Shown here: in pieces, positions 17,518 through 28,033 of the stretch
Layout of the letters: each line of letters starts with the position of its first letter
Numbering within the stretch: position 1 is the first letter of the stretch
Source: Patescibacteria group bacterium
GTDB taxonomy: Bacteria; Patescibacteriota; Microgenomatia; UBA8517
Assembly (NCBI GenBank): GCA_041742135.1
Contig: JBGSJG010000001.1
Coordinates: 3,151-67,150 of the forward strand
Length of the DNA stretch: 64,000 nt
Direction: 5' to 3'
Notes under the pieces: model-generated
What the model was told of the DNA's origin: nothing
What the model saw: only the letters and a program-made list of their open reading frames with translations
The model's database searches: none
Made by a program: the position numbers and the translations under genes

Positions 17518-19134
17518 TTATTTAATCTCCTTAACAGTTAACTCCAAAGTTTTATTTCCTCGCCATTCATTTTGGCTAAGCCTGTAAACAATATCTGCCT
17601 TTCCTTTCTTGATGGCGTCAATAAAATTAAAAGCGATACCACCAATTTTAAGCCCGTTTTTACCCATGAGCAATTTTTTATGCTTTCCACTCTCGCCAAC
17701 GTCGCGAGCTTCAATAATTTCTACATCCCGAGTTACAAAAACTGGCGAAGGATTTTTTGCTCCAAAAGGCTCAAGACGCAAAATTTCATCGTAAGTTTCT
17801 TGGTTTAATAGACTAAAGTCAAGCTCACAGTCTACGGTAGTTTTTCTTTTTAAAACTTCATCTGTTAAAAGTGGTTTAGCAACTTCCTGAATTTTTTCAA
17901 TAAACAGATGAACCTTTGCGGCTTCGATAGTAAAGCCGGCGGCCCCTTCATGTCCACCTCCTTCTAAAATAAACTCCTCGGCTGATCGAATAACTTTTAT
18001 AATATTTAGTCCTGAAATTGATCTTGCAGACGCTTTGTAGACATCTTTTTGTGCAGAAAAAACTATAGATGGCAAATAATATTTTTCGGTAAGCCGACTT
18101 GCGATTAAACCAATAATGCCTTCGTGATAGCTCGCGTGGACTGCTGTAACAATGGTGCCAGGCAAAACCTTAGTTTCATTCTCAGCAATTTTTAAGGCTT
18201 CATCAACAGTAGATTGGCGCTTAGTGTTAAGTTTATTTAGCAAAGCCGCAAGCTTCTCTGCACGAGCTCGATCGGTAGTACACAGAAGACGCAGTGCATC
18301 AAGCCCTTCGGCAAGTCTTCCTGCGGCGTTGATGCGCGGTGCAATTGCGAAGTTTATTTCATACGTTCCAATCTTTTTACCCAAAAGGCCTGCTGTTGCG
18401 AATAGTTTTTTAAGTCCTAAATTTGAGGTTTCATTAAGACTTTCTATTCCATGTTTGGCAAGAGAACGGTTAAAGCCCAAAAGTGGAAGCTGGTCTGCAA
18501 TGACACCAATGGCCGCCAATTCCAAATCACTATCATAGCCGTGGATCGCGTGAGATAAAAACCAAGAAATCCCTGCCCCGCTAGTGATAGTTGTGTGGAC
18601 AATGCAGAAAGCATCGGGCAATTTTTTAAGGTTTGCATGATGATCTGTGACAATCACTTGTATGCCGAGTTTATTAGCCTGGGCTATGCCTTCAAATGCT
18701 ACTATTCCGTTATCGACGGTAACAATTAAGGAGACCTCTGGATATTGTTTTTTTATTTTTTCAACCGAGTGAGGATTAATTCCATAGCCATCTTCAAATC
18801 TGTCGGGAATATATGGAAAAACCTTCGCGCCCAGTGCGTGAAGCGCTCTCCACATTATTGCAGTTGCGCATATGCCGTCAGCATCATAGTCGCCAAAAAT
18901 TACTATCAACTCTTGCCCGCTAACTGCTTTTTTAATCCGAGTTATCGCCTTTTTTAGTGCCTTGCTATCAATCTCTATATCCGCAGGCTTATACTCGGTC
19001 GGGCTTAGTGGCGTCAGGAACGCGTCACGGTCTTTTTTTGAAATCAGCCCGCGGTTTTTTAGTAAGACATCTAGAACTTGTTTAATATTTTTGGGGGTGA
19101 CAGTGCTTTTTACCTCCCAGTCCTTTTCTTGCAT
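17518..19134 (-). CDS. recJ: single-stranded-DNA-specific exonuclease RecJ
   Basis: DHH motif VIVTDHHANL, DHHA1 GGGHEGAAGF. Confidence 0.85.
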   Translation of the reverse strand: MQEKDWEVKSTVTPKNIKQVLDVLLKNRGLISKKDRDAFLTPLSPTEYKPADIEIDSKALKKAITRIKKAVSGQELIVIFGDYDADGICATAIMWRALHALGAKVFPYIPDRFEDGYGINPHSVEKIKKQYPEVSLIVTVDNGIVAFEGIAQANKLGIQVIVTDHHANLKKLPDAFCIVHTTITSGAGISWFLSHAIHGYDSDLELAAIGVIADQLPLLGFNRSLAKHGIESLNETSNLGLKKLFATAGLLGKKIGTYEINFAIAPRINAAGRLAEGLDALRLLCTTDRARAEKLAALLNKLNTKRQSTVDEALKIAENETKVLPGTIVTAVHASYHEGIIGLIASRLTEKYYLPSIVFSAQKDVYKASARSISGLNIIKVIRSAEEFILEGGGHEGAAGFTIEAAKVHLFIEKIQEVAKPLLTDEVLKRKTTVDCELDFSLLNQETYDEILRLEPFGAKNPSPVFVTRDVEIIEARDVGESGKHKKLLMGKNGLKIGGIAFNFIDAIKKGKADIVYRLSQNEWRGNKTLELTVKEIK

Positions 19135-19151
19135 AGTAGTATAATGACCTA

Positions 19152-20516
19152 ATGTTGGTTACTTTTCCACCTGAAGTTTTAGAATTAAGTGAAAAATTTA
19201 CGAACTCGGCACACGAGCTTTACTTAATTGGTGGTGCTGTTCGAGACTTGTTGATGGGTAAAACCATTTACGACTGGGACTTCACAACAGATGCAACTCC
19301 CGAGGAAATCTTGCAAATTTTAGGGCCCGACGCTTATTACAACAACACTTTTGGCACTGTTGGCTACCCCGGGCCTGAAGGTGAGCGGCCTTTTGAAATT
19401 ACAACTTACAGAACAGAAGCAGGCTACTCTGACGCGAGACACCCAGATGAGCTCAACTGGGGAAAAAGCTTAGAAGAAGACTTGACCCGTCGGGACTTTA
19501 CGATTAACGCAATGGCCCTTCGACTCGCTTCGCTCGCTCAGGGCAAACCAACTGATCAAAATATTATAGATTTATTCGGAGGACAGCTTGATTTAAAAGC
19601 AAAATTAATCCGCGCTGTGGGTGACCCTGCTGAGCGCTTTCGCGAAGATGCTCTTCGTATGATGCGGGCAGTCAGAATTGCCTCAGAACTGGGCTTTACG
19701 ATTGAAGAAGCCACTTTCAATGCCATTAAAATGCACAGTGGCGCTACCCAAAAAGTTTCCCGAGAACGAGTGCGCGAAGAGCTTTTTAAAATTATGGCTT
19801 CAAGATATCCATACGAAGGCGTGTTACTTCTTCACGGGACAGGGCTTATGGATGAGATTTTGCCAGAGCTTTCTAAAACGTTCGGAGTTGAACAGAAATC
19901 TCCAGGAAGGCATCACATCTACGACGTTGGCACACATTGCTTAATGGCTCTAAAAAACTGTCCTTCGAGTGATCCCTTGGTCCGCTTTGCGACCTTAATT
20001 CATGACATTGGCAAGCCTCAGACTTTTGCAATCAAGGAAGGCATAACAACTTTTTATAATCACGAAGTGATCGGGGCAAGGATTGCCAAAAATATTGCCG
20101 CTCGTTTGCGTTTTCCGAAAAAGGATGCTGATCGCCTTTTTAAATTGGTTCGCTGGCACCAGTTTACAGTCACTGAAAACCAGACAGACAAAGCCATACG
20201 AAGATTTATCACAAAAGTGGGTAGAGATAATGTCGAAGATATGCTGGCGCTTCGCACCGGCGACAGGCTTGGAGGAGGTTCCTCCGAAACCAGCTGGAGA
20301 CTGGAAGAGTTTAAAAAACGGCTTGTTGAAGTTCAAAAGCAACCTTTTAGTGTGCAGGATCTTAAGGTTAACGGCAAAGACGTGATGGATACTCTTAGCC
20401 TAAAACCCGGCCCAAAAGTTGGCGAAATCTTAAACGAACTGTTCAAAAAAGTGGAAGAAAAAGAAGTAGACAACGAAAGAGAAGTTTTACTTGCAAAGCT
20501 AAGAAGTTTTAACTAA
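19152..20516 (+). CDS. cca: CCA-adding tRNA nucleotidyltransferase / poly(A) polymerase family with HD domain
   Basis: LIGGAVRDLLMGKTIYDWDFTT head motif, HD-domain LIHDIGKP. Confidence 0.8.
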   Translation: MLVTFPPEVLELSEKFTNSAHELYLIGGAVRDLLMGKTIYDWDFTTDATPEEILQILGPDAYYNNTFGTVGYPGPEGERPFEITTYRTEAGYSDARHPDELNWGKSLEEDLTRRDFTINAMALRLASLAQGKPTDQNIIDLFGGQLDLKAKLIRAVGDPAERFREDALRMMRAVRIASELGFTIEEATFNAIKMHSGATQKVSRERVREELFKIMASRYPYEGVLLLHGTGLMDEILPELSKTFGVEQKSPGRHHIYDVGTHCLMALKNCPSSDPLVRFATLIHDIGKPQTFAIKEGITTFYNHEVIGARIAKNIAARLRFPKKDADRLFKLVRWHQFTVTENQTDKAIRRFITKVGRDNVEDMLALRTGDRLGGGSSETSWRLEEFKKRLVEVQKQPFSVQDLKVNGKDVMDTLSLKPGPKVGEILNELFKKVEEKEVDNEREVLLAKLRSFN

Positions 20517-21413
20517 TTTCCTCGCCTTCCATCTCCTGTAGATAATTACTACCAGAAGCACGGGAACCCAAACTATTGAGTATACAGCAAGCCAAATTGC
20601 CAACTCTCCAATTTTTTGCAAGGTCCCTAGCATGCTTCGCACGGCCAACTTAAATATCACATCTGGCCTAAACTTTGTGTCTGGAGCATAAGGCAAAGAC
20701 AATTCGTCGGTGGATAGATAAACCGTTATCTTCACATAACTGGCATTTTCCTCCAAAGCTTTCTTTTGGCCCATCAGATTATCTATCTGGGTCTGGGTAT
20801 TAATAAGTTCTCGCTGTACAGTCAAAATATCCTGAACCAGTGTGGCATTGTCTAAAATTCCTTCGAACTTGGTCTTTACTCTCTCCAAAGAACTGAGACG
20901 GCTTTCGATATTAACGTATTGTTCTGTTACATCTTTACCAATTAAATTCTCGCTAACAACCTCAATAGCCTGAGACCGGAAGTATTCCAATGTAGCATTT
21001 AACTTGTCAGAAGGAACACGTACAGAAATGTTCGCGTACGGAGAGTCGTTCGGTCGATTGTAGTCGCTTGAAACCATAAAACCTCCCTCGGTTTCTGCTT
21101 TTTTGATAATTGAATCCCCTGCAAGCTTTACATCTTTTACCAACAAAGAAAGGCTGGAATTTTGAACTACCATCCTGTTTGTGACAGGAACGTCGGCAGC
21201 TATCCCACCGTCATAGTATGAAGGCATTGATATGCCCATACTCCCCGCACCACTTGTGCTGCCAAAACTGGCCATCTCCACCACACTACTGGAATAACTA
21301 GGAGATCGCATGAAACTTCCGGTGTTAATCCCGAAAAGTTGAGTTGATAAAAAATACGCTACTACAACCAGAAGCAAAGATGTAAGTTTGTGAGATTTAA
21401 TCCAATTTAGCAT
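20499..21413 (-). CDS. DUF4349-like membrane protein (N- and C-terminal TM helices flanking coiled-coil)
   Basis: Architecture TM - Ser-rich - coiled coil (ESRLSSLERVKTKFEGILDNAT) - TM. Confidence 0.4.
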   Translation of the reverse strand: MLNWIKSHKLTSLLLVVVAYFLSTQLFGINTGSFMRSPSYSSSVVEMASFGSTSGAGSMGISMPSYYDGGIAADVPVTNRMVVQNSSLSLLVKDVKLAGDSIIKKAETEGGFMVSSDYNRPNDSPYANISVRVPSDKLNATLEYFRSQAIEVVSENLIGKDVTEQYVNIESRLSSLERVKTKFEGILDNATLVQDILTVQRELINTQTQIDNLMGQKKALEENASYVKITVYLSTDELSLPYAPDTKFRPDVIFKLAVRSMLGTLQKIGELAIWLAVYSIVWVPVLLVVIIYRRWKARKLVKTS

Positions 21414-21423
21414 CCAATTAATA

Positions 21424-22296
21424 CTATTCCTTTTTCAATCTTTTTTGCAAGCGCGTAAGAAATACAAAAAGAGGAACTGCCACAAAAGGAGATGAATAAG
21501 TTCCTGAAACTGCCCCAACCAAAAGGGCGGCCGCAAACCATCTCACCGTGTCGCCTCCCAAGGCCACTAGTGCTATGAGCATGAATATAATCGTCAGGGA
21601 GTTAATAATCGATCTGCGCATGGTTTCGGCGATTGCGCGGTTAGCAACAGTAGTAATTTGCCCACCATGCTTTTTTTGAATTTCGCGAATTCTGTCAAAC
21701 ACCACAATCGTGTCGTGCACAGAAAATGACAAAGTTGTGAGCATCGCCGTTACAAACAAAAAGTCTATCTGCGCTCCCCAGAAGTGACCAAACAAAGCAA
21801 ACATTCCTACTAAAATCATGCTGTCATGAAGCATCGCCAAAATTGCTGAAATGCCAAAGGAGAATTTCTTAAAACTTAAAGCCACCCACAACAAGATTGC
21901 TATTGCGGCAATAACTATTGCAACAATAGTTTTGCGGACGAGCTCGGGGCCAACTGAAGGGCCTACGTTTTGAAGCTGCAATCTTGTAATTTCGAGGCCT
22001 CCGGCTATCTCTTGTGTTTTTGCTTCCTCCTCACTAGACAAATTTTTTGTTTTTACTACCAGCCGATCTTCACCTGAAGAAATTATCTGATAAACCGGAA
22101 TACCTGCTTCTTCAAATTTTACCTTCAACTCATCGGCCGATTTTCCGGCCATCTCATAATCAATTACAGCCCCGCCCGTAAAATCGAGCCCCAATGGAAA
22201 GCCCCAGTTAGCGATTGCAAAAAAACCGATGGCAATTGCAGCCAACGAAATTGCGAAATATATCTTTGTAAACTTCAACCAATTAAAGTAGTTCAT
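21424..22296 (-). CDS. secF: protein-export membrane protein SecF
   Basis: GLDFTGG motif, 6-TM layout, position after secD. Confidence 0.85.
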   Translation of the reverse strand: MNYFNWLKFTKIYFAISLAAIAIGFFAIANWGFPLGLDFTGGAVIDYEMAGKSADELKVKFEEAGIPVYQIISSGEDRLVVKTKNLSSEEEAKTQEIAGGLEITRLQLQNVGPSVGPELVRKTIVAIVIAAIAILLWVALSFKKFSFGISAILAMLHDSMILVGMFALFGHFWGAQIDFLFVTAMLTTLSFSVHDTIVVFDRIREIQKKHGGQITTVANRAIAETMRRSIINSLTIIFMLIALVALGGDTVRWFAAALLVGAVSGTYSSPFVAVPLFVFLTRLQKRLKKE

Positions 22297-23609
22297 TTTA
22301 TAAATAATCTAAGTAAATTTCTCGAAACAAATACTCCTGTAAATAAGCTGATAAGTATTCCTAAAGCTAGAGTAACTGCGAATCCACGAACAGGACCCGA
22401 GGTGTGTAAAAACGACCACCCAAATGGGTTTGCAAGCACAAACGCCGTCATCAGTGTCGCGATATTTGCATCACGAATCGAATCCCACGCTCGGCCAAAA
22501 GCGGTTTCCAGAGAAAACGCAACCGAGGCTTTCTTGGCACGCTCTTCGCGAAATCTCTCAAAAATTAAAATATTTGAATCGACCGCCATTCCAACGGACA
22601 ATAAAAAGCCCGCAATTCCTGGAAGAGTCAGAACTACTGGTACTAACTTATAAAGAGCTAGTGTGTAAATTCCAAAAAGTATTAGCCCTATGTTTGCCAC
22701 AAGCCCAAGTTTTCTATAAACCAAAACCATAAAAATCATAACGATGGCAACGCCAACCAAGCCTGCCCTTACGCTTTTATCAATCGATGCTTGCCCTAGG
22801 CTTGGGCCAATCGTTCGCTCTTCCAAAAGTTCAATTGACACAGGCAAAGCACCCGCATTAATTTGTATTGAAATCTCGCGAGCAGTTTCTATTGTAAAAT
22901 TGCCTGTAATTTGCGCAGAAGTGCCAATAATTTTTTCCTGAACTACCGGGGCCGAGATTACTTGGCCATCAAGAATTATTGGCAAGACCTTTCCAACATT
23001 TGCTTCGGTAATCGTTTCAAATTTTTTAGCTCCCTCCGGCGTAAACTCAATGCCAACCCCAGGTGAGCCGTCTACTTCACTGAATACCACCTGAGAGCTT
23101 GAAATGTCAGCTCCTGTAAGCTCAGTCGGTACAAGAATCTCTGTCGCCTCCTCGCCTTCCGGAGTGTCTGGTGCTGTTTGAACCTCGGCAAACACCAAAC
23201 TTGCTGTTTTCCCGATTAAATTTTTAGCCTCAGATGTGTCAGTCACTCCTGGAAGTTCAACGATGATTCTGTCCCTGCCTTCAAAACTTGCTGTCTGGAC
23301 ATTGGCTTCAGACACTCCAAACAGATTAATACGCTGAGAAATTACTTCGACAAGACCCGCAAGGGCATTTTCTTTCTCTACCCCGGAAAGCTCATCAGTC
23401 TTTGCTTCAAAAACAAAATGGCTTCCACCAACCAAATCAAGTCCAAGTTTTAGTTCAAAATCACGAAAAATCTCAATATTACCGAACTTGATGTTTAAAG
23501 GCTGTTTTTCAAGATTTATAAAAGGTAATTTATTCGGAAGGGCAATCAGAAGTGACACAAACGTGATGACTAAAATAATTAATACACTTTTAAGAGGATT
23601 TTTATACAT
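22293..23609 (-). CDS. secD: protein-export membrane protein SecD
   Basis: LGLDLVGGSHFVFEA motif, periplasmic domain then 6 TM. Confidence 0.85.
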   Translation of the reverse strand: MYKNPLKSVLIILVITFVSLLIALPNKLPFINLEKQPLNIKFGNIEIFRDFELKLGLDLVGGSHFVFEAKTDELSGVEKENALAGLVEVISQRINLFGVSEANVQTASFEGRDRIIVELPGVTDTSEAKNLIGKTASLVFAEVQTAPDTPEGEEATEILVPTELTGADISSSQVVFSEVDGSPGVGIEFTPEGAKKFETITEANVGKVLPIILDGQVISAPVVQEKIIGTSAQITGNFTIETAREISIQINAGALPVSIELLEERTIGPSLGQASIDKSVRAGLVGVAIVMIFMVLVYRKLGLVANIGLILFGIYTLALYKLVPVVLTLPGIAGFLLSVGMAVDSNILIFERFREERAKKASVAFSLETAFGRAWDSIRDANIATLMTAFVLANPFGWSFLHTSGPVRGFAVTLALGILISLFTGVFVSRNLLRLFIK

Positions 23610-23613
23610 AACG

Positions 23614-24198
23614 CTAGCCTACAAGAAGATCTTCGTCACCAATAATCATAATTCGGCTTGCAGCCATTATTCCTTGCAAGAACGGGTCACGGCGCTTTCT
23701 TCTAAAATCAAGCTCTTCGCGGCTCATGACGGTGTAGTTTATCTCGACTCCTCGCCTTGATTCTTCAGCACGTATCATCGTGGCCAGTTCAGGAAGTACA
23801 ACCTCTCCGACGATTAAGATATCAACTTGGTCTTCTTTTTTCCTGGGTTTGTGGCGTGCAAACCCTCCTGAAAACATCACAAATCCAAGCTTTCCCAGTT
23901 TTTGCCTATTGGCTATAAGTTCAGAACCTAGTCCTGTTGTTTTTGCTACCATTGACAATAAATCGCCAAACATAGGGTAATCGTCTCGAACCCAATAATA
24001 AACTCTATTTCCACGAGCTTCTTTTTTGATAACTCCCGCAGTTTCAAGTCGAAGTAAGTCTCTGCGCACTGCATTAATTTCTTCTTTAACTTCCCGGACT
24101 ACACCACGCACATGATACATTTCATTCGGATTAGAAAAGAACAGCTCAATGAGCTTAATCCTTACTTTTGAGGTAATAATGTCGCGTAAATCTGCCAT
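23614..24198 (-). CDS. winged-helix transcriptional regulator-like protein
   Basis: N-terminal wHTH-like VRIKLIELFFSN...VREVKEEINAVRRDLLRLETAGVI; C-terminal domain unassigned. Confidence 0.4.
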   Translation of the reverse strand: MADLRDIITSKVRIKLIELFFSNPNEMYHVRGVVREVKEEINAVRRDLLRLETAGVIKKEARGNRVYYWVRDDYPMFGDLLSMVAKTTGLGSELIANRQKLGKLGFVMFSGGFARHKPRKKEDQVDILIVGEVVLPELATMIRAEESRRGVEINYTVMSREELDFRRKRRDPFLQGIMAASRIMIIGDEDLLVG

Positions 24199-24219
24199 AA
24201 ATTCCTGGGCAGGAATTAA

Positions 24220-25437
24220 TTAATATTCTACTACATTTCCGGTGGGTACGGCTTCGATCCAAATTGTTCCTCGAACAAAACTGATTTCCTGACCGTTCTC
24301 ATCAAAAAACTTAGTACGGTCAAATTGAGAATCTTTTTCCCAAGTCCCTTCGGTGACTCCGCCATTATTGAAAACCATTGCTTCTCCTCCACCAGTAGTT
24401 TCGTAATACACATGGCCTTCTTCGTCGATGTCAGTTTCTTCGTCTACAAACATCACAGCGATATTTTTTGTAGAAAGCTGAGGCTTGTCAAACTCCCAAT
24501 CTGTGTGTTTCTGGCCCCCATTTAGCCTGAGGTAGCTATTAGTTCTCTCGTCATACTGCCACTCAACAGTATAGTCAGATTTCCCTGACCAAAAATCAAA
24601 AGCGATCTTGGTGATATCGGAGTTGATTGCGGGCGAATCGTTAGTGAACTTCCAAGGTGTAAATCCCTTGTCCCAATTTCCATCAAAACCTCGAGACACT
24701 CCAAGATCGAAAAGTAAATCGGTAGATCCCACTGCTGAGTGCTCCCATGCTGCAGGAGTTTCACTCAAACGGTACTGATCACGGACAATCGCAGGAGCTC
24801 CAGCATTTGCGCCACCATCCAAGGCGTTGCCTTTAGAATGTCGCCAGCCCATGTCGATTAACTTCTCGATGGCCATAACTCGAGGATCCACAGTGCCTTT
24901 TCGCTTTGTGCCGTTTGCTAAACAAGCTGGATCTTCTTTGTTGGTACAAATATTATTAGCCCCTCCAAAGTGCACATAAAGCGGCTCTGTGCCATACTCT
25001 GAAATCCAATCAATGAAGTAAACTCGAGCGCTTCGAATTGGCCCGATCGTAACATTCTCAGCTGCGGCTGCACAGTAATATAGTGCTAGAAATCTTGTAA
25101 TTCCGCCTTCTGCGACTGCTTCGTAAACTACATCTGCACGCGAAAGCCCTGACTGCGGACGAGAGTCTAAGTGATTTTCAATCATGACCCCCATAGGCCT
25201 TCGACCTTCCCAAATGTCGCGCTCCACTTCGCTATACATCGCGCCATTTAAAATACATTCTTCGGTTTTTGGAAGTTCGGCAATTCTTGATCGTGCTGAG
25301 TCTAGCTCGTCAGAGCTTACTCCAGCTCCTGCCCTAGTGTATGAGAAAACAATCCAAGAAACTCCTGCAACGACAAGATATAAGCCTGCGAAGCTTAAAA
25401 TTAATGTGCCTTTTTTAGACTTAAATAAATTTTTCAT
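24220..25437 (-). CDS. DUF3048 (YerB-like) domain secreted/lipoprotein
   Basis: GVMIENHLDSRPQSGLSRADVVYEAVAEGGITRFLALYY matches DUF3048 N-domain signature; N-terminal TM/signal. Confidence 0.45.
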   Translation of the reverse strand: MKNLFKSKKGTLILSFAGLYLVVAGVSWIVFSYTRAGAGVSSDELDSARSRIAELPKTEECILNGAMYSEVERDIWEGRRPMGVMIENHLDSRPQSGLSRADVVYEAVAEGGITRFLALYYCAAAAENVTIGPIRSARVYFIDWISEYGTEPLYVHFGGANNICTNKEDPACLANGTKRKGTVDPRVMAIEKLIDMGWRHSKGNALDGGANAGAPAIVRDQYRLSETPAAWEHSAVGSTDLLFDLGVSRGFDGNWDKGFTPWKFTNDSPAINSDITKIAFDFWSGKSDYTVEWQYDERTNSYLRLNGGQKHTDWEFDKPQLSTKNIAVMFVDEETDIDEEGHVYYETTGGGEAMVFNNGGVTEGTWEKDSQFDRTKFFDENGQEISFVRGTIWIEAVPTGNVVEY

Positions 25438-25438
25438 T

Positions 25439-25903
25439 TTACTTTTTTAAGGCCTCAGCAAGCGCCTTTTCTTCCTCTTGGGCAAGTTCGTACTTACTTT
25501 TGCCCCCATTCACCGGTTTAGTATACACTCTTGTGCGATCTCTGGTGTGAAGAGTTGTTAGTATAAAACCCTCCCCTTCACCATTTAACAAGCATAAAGA
25601 AAAACTTTGATCTCCGCCTGTTTCGTTAAAAGGATTAAAGCGTACCAGTCCAACTTTTTGAATAGGCACAACCTCCCTTTTAATGATTTTATCAACCTCG
25701 CCCGACAATCTTTTGATTTCAGAAGAATTTGTTTCCTCAGATTTCAAAACAGTCTCGATTGCACGAATAACATCTCCACCTTGAGCTTTTCCTGCAATTC
25801 TTCTGTAATGAACTAAAATCTTCCAAAATACATAAGACAAACCGGAAAGCCAAAGCACAAGAGCAATCAGTATTATCGGTAAAAGATCCTCTAACTCTCT
25901 CAC
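25439..25903 (-). CDS. DUF4446-like membrane-anchored protein
   Basis: N-terminal TM plus VRFNPFNETGGDQSFSLCLLNGEGEGFILTTLHTRDRTRVYTKPV core. Confidence 0.4.
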   Translation of the reverse strand: MRELEDLLPIILIALVLWLSGLSYVFWKILVHYRRIAGKAQGGDVIRAIETVLKSEETNSSEIKRLSGEVDKIIKREVVPIQKVGLVRFNPFNETGGDQSFSLCLLNGEGEGFILTTLHTRDRTRVYTKPVNGGKSKYELAQEEEKALAEALKK

Positions 25904-25968
25904 ATTAAGCGACTAGACAAATTGTGTCAAGATTGACTTCAATTGTATAGTATTATATCTCAAAATAT

Positions 25969-26571
25969 ATGATTAACTACGGGCAAGTTTTTAAAGTTTT
26001 TGAAAAAAACTATATCGAAGTCCCTCTGGAAGTTTTTGGTGACGACCCCTACAGAACCCTTGTTTCCACACTTTTATCCTCGAGAACGAATGACGACACG
26101 ACTTTAAGTGCCGCAACACGCCTCTTTCTAGAATGCCCCGACATTAAGACTCTGGAGAAGCTGCCCCAAGAGAGAATCTCAGAATTAATTTATCCAGTTG
26201 GTTTTTATAAAACCAAAGCGAAACATCTGAAAACATTGGCGAAAATTGTTCTGAATAATTTTGAAGGAAAAGTGCCTAAGACTCGAGAGGGTTTGATGAA
26301 GCTTCCGGGAGTGGGCAGAAAAACCGCGAACTTGGTTTTGAATCGAGCTTTTGGCATTCCCGCAATCGCTGTTGACACGCACGTTCATCGAATAAGTAAT
26401 TTACTCGGGTGGGTGAAAACACAAAAACCGGAGCAAACTGAGTTAAAATTGATGGAAATTATTCCTCAAAAGTATTGGCCAAAGCTTAATAAGTTGTTTG
26501 TATCAATTGGGAGACAATACAGAAGCGAGAGACAATTGAAAGAATTTCTAAATGCCAACGAGCTAATCTAG
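25969..26571 (+). CDS. HhH-GPD base-excision glycosylase, endonuclease III-like without C-terminal Fe-S cysteines
   Basis: Helix-hairpin-helix LMKLPGVGRKTANLVL and catalytic-region AVDTHVHRISNLLGW; no CxxxxxxCxxC...C cluster. Confidence 0.7.
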   Translation: MINYGQVFKVFEKNYIEVPLEVFGDDPYRTLVSTLLSSRTNDDTTLSAATRLFLECPDIKTLEKLPQERISELIYPVGFYKTKAKHLKTLAKIVLNNFEGKVPKTREGLMKLPGVGRKTANLVLNRAFGIPAIAVDTHVHRISNLLGWVKTQKPEQTELKLMEIIPQKYWPKLNKLFVSIGRQYRSERQLKEFLNANELI

Positions 26572-27200
26572 TAAGCGGCGATTCCTACGCCAAAACCATT
26601 TTGGGCATAAGTGCAACCCCAGACGTATTCACCGCCGGTTAATAACTTTTTGTGACCGAGCGTATTCTCCCACAAACCAACAGCTTCTTTAGCTGACACT
26701 GCGCCTGAAACCAAAAATTCAGAAATGTTGTATTTTTCAAATATCCATTTTAAGTCCTCTCTTCGCTCAGCAAGTGTGCCAAAACCTTCGTGGCCATCTA
26801 GCTTGCCCAAATCCAATAGTTCATTCAAACGGATAGACGCGATGGTGCAAAGCTCACCGGCATTTTCGAGTGAATTTACACCCAACTCTTTTCTTCTTTT
26901 GTTGACCTCCTCCCAAAGCTCGGGGCCAGACCAGTTTGGACTGCTGGGAGCCTGTGGAGAAATTACAATGGTTCTTGGAGTAGGTGTAGGGGCCTCACCC
27001 ACAACGGTCGAGCTAACCTGTGTCGACTCATTTAAGATTTCGTCAATTCGACTCTGAGCTTGCCCAAAACCTGTATTTATGCCATTAAAATAACCATAAA
27101 GATAAACAACATACAAAAGTGCGGTTGCGCCCACTGAAAAGACGAGAACACTAATGCTCATCTTTAAAGCTTGTTTCAACTGACTAAGCAAGTATTTCAT
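26568..27200 (-). CDS. CAP/SCP (PR-1-like, YkwD-type) domain secreted protein
   Basis: N-terminal TM/signal; C-terminal LGHKKLLTGGEYVWGCTYAQ resembles CAP GHYTQVVW...GCA signature. Confidence 0.45.
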   Translation of the reverse strand: MKYLLSQLKQALKMSISVLVFSVGATALLYVVYLYGYFNGINTGFGQAQSRIDEILNESTQVSSTVVGEAPTPTPRTIVISPQAPSSPNWSGPELWEEVNKRRKELGVNSLENAGELCTIASIRLNELLDLGKLDGHEGFGTLAERREDLKWIFEKYNISEFLVSGAVSAKEAVGLWENTLGHKKLLTGGEYVWGCTYAQNGFGVGIAAY

Positions 27201-27201
27201 T

Positions 27202-27642
27202 TTATTTTGAATCTAGTGTAATAGTAACAGGACCATCAAGTGTCGTGCTAATAGTCATATAATTTCCAAAACTACCTGTCGCAACAGCCAAACTAGACTT
27301 TTTTAAAAGCTCAACAAAATATTCATAAAGCGCTCTAGCCCTGTCGGGGTCCTCTGCCTCTACAAACGACGGGCGATTTCCACCCGCCGTATTGGCATGT
27401 AAAGTAAATTGAGAAACCACAAGCAGTTGCGCGCTGGCATCTTTCACAGAGAGATTCATTTTGTCTTGACCATCGGCCATTACACGAAGCTTGAGAAGTT
27501 TTTCACTTAAAAATTCTACTTCGGCTTTTGTGTCACCTTTTTTAAATCCCACCAAAACCAATAGGCCATTTTGGATATTGCCTACGATTTTCTCTTTTGA
27601 AGTTACCGAAGCACTTCTGACTCGCTGAATTACTAGACGCAT
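27202..27642 (-). CDS. dtd: D-aminoacyl-tRNA deacylase
   Basis: MRLVIQRVRSASVT start, SQFTLHANTAGGNRPSF motif. Confidence 0.85.
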   Translation of the reverse strand: MRLVIQRVRSASVTSKEKIVGNIQNGLLVLVGFKKGDTKAEVEFLSEKLLKLRVMADGQDKMNLSVKDASAQLLVVSQFTLHANTAGGNRPSFVEAEDPDRARALYEYFVELLKKSSLAVATGSFGNYMTISTTLDGPVTITLDSK

Positions 27643-27660
27643 TAAAAATTTTTTTGTACT

Positions 27661-27992
27661 CTGGAGGACTATAAGCCAGGTTCTGTACTCTCGCCTAAGG
27701 CGAGGCCGTAATCATCTGTCTAAGCCCTAACTTCGGAGCGGGATTCGATTCTTCGAATCGTCGAGAAAGCAATCTTCTGAAGCTTTCGCTTCACCGTTCC
27801 ATTCGTAGGTTGCAGCGGGGAGGATTGCCCGTTTCACCCTTCTGCCAGCTTTAGGCTGACACAAGACTCGTCTCTGTTGCTCTAACTAGCGGTTACCCGT
27901 TTCCGGTTTTAACCGGAACACCCTTGCTTTCTGCTGCCTGGACTTTCCTCTCGCCTAAGGCGAGCGATTACACATCCTCCAGAGTGAGTATA
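27661..27992 (-). ncRNA. rnpB: RNase P RNA, bacterial type A
   Basis: Minus-strand read shows GAGAGGAAAGTCCAGGC (P4 5' strand), AAGGGTGAAACGGG, ACAGAACCTGGCTTA (P4 3' strand) and P1 pairing CTGGAGGA...TCCTCCAG; no ORF. Confidence 0.9.
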
Positions 27993-28033
27993 TTTTATCA
28001 CGAAGTGTCCATATTTTTCACAAAATGGCTAAC

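Noticed and set aside
27689-27964. Two identical copies of tctcgcctaaggcgag ~260 bp apart, considered as possible CRISPR-like or REP repeats
   Set aside because: Only two copies. Each is a perfect hairpin lying inside the RNase P RNA fold (P3 and a peripheral helix). No spacer-repeat periodicity and no cas genes anywhere in the window.
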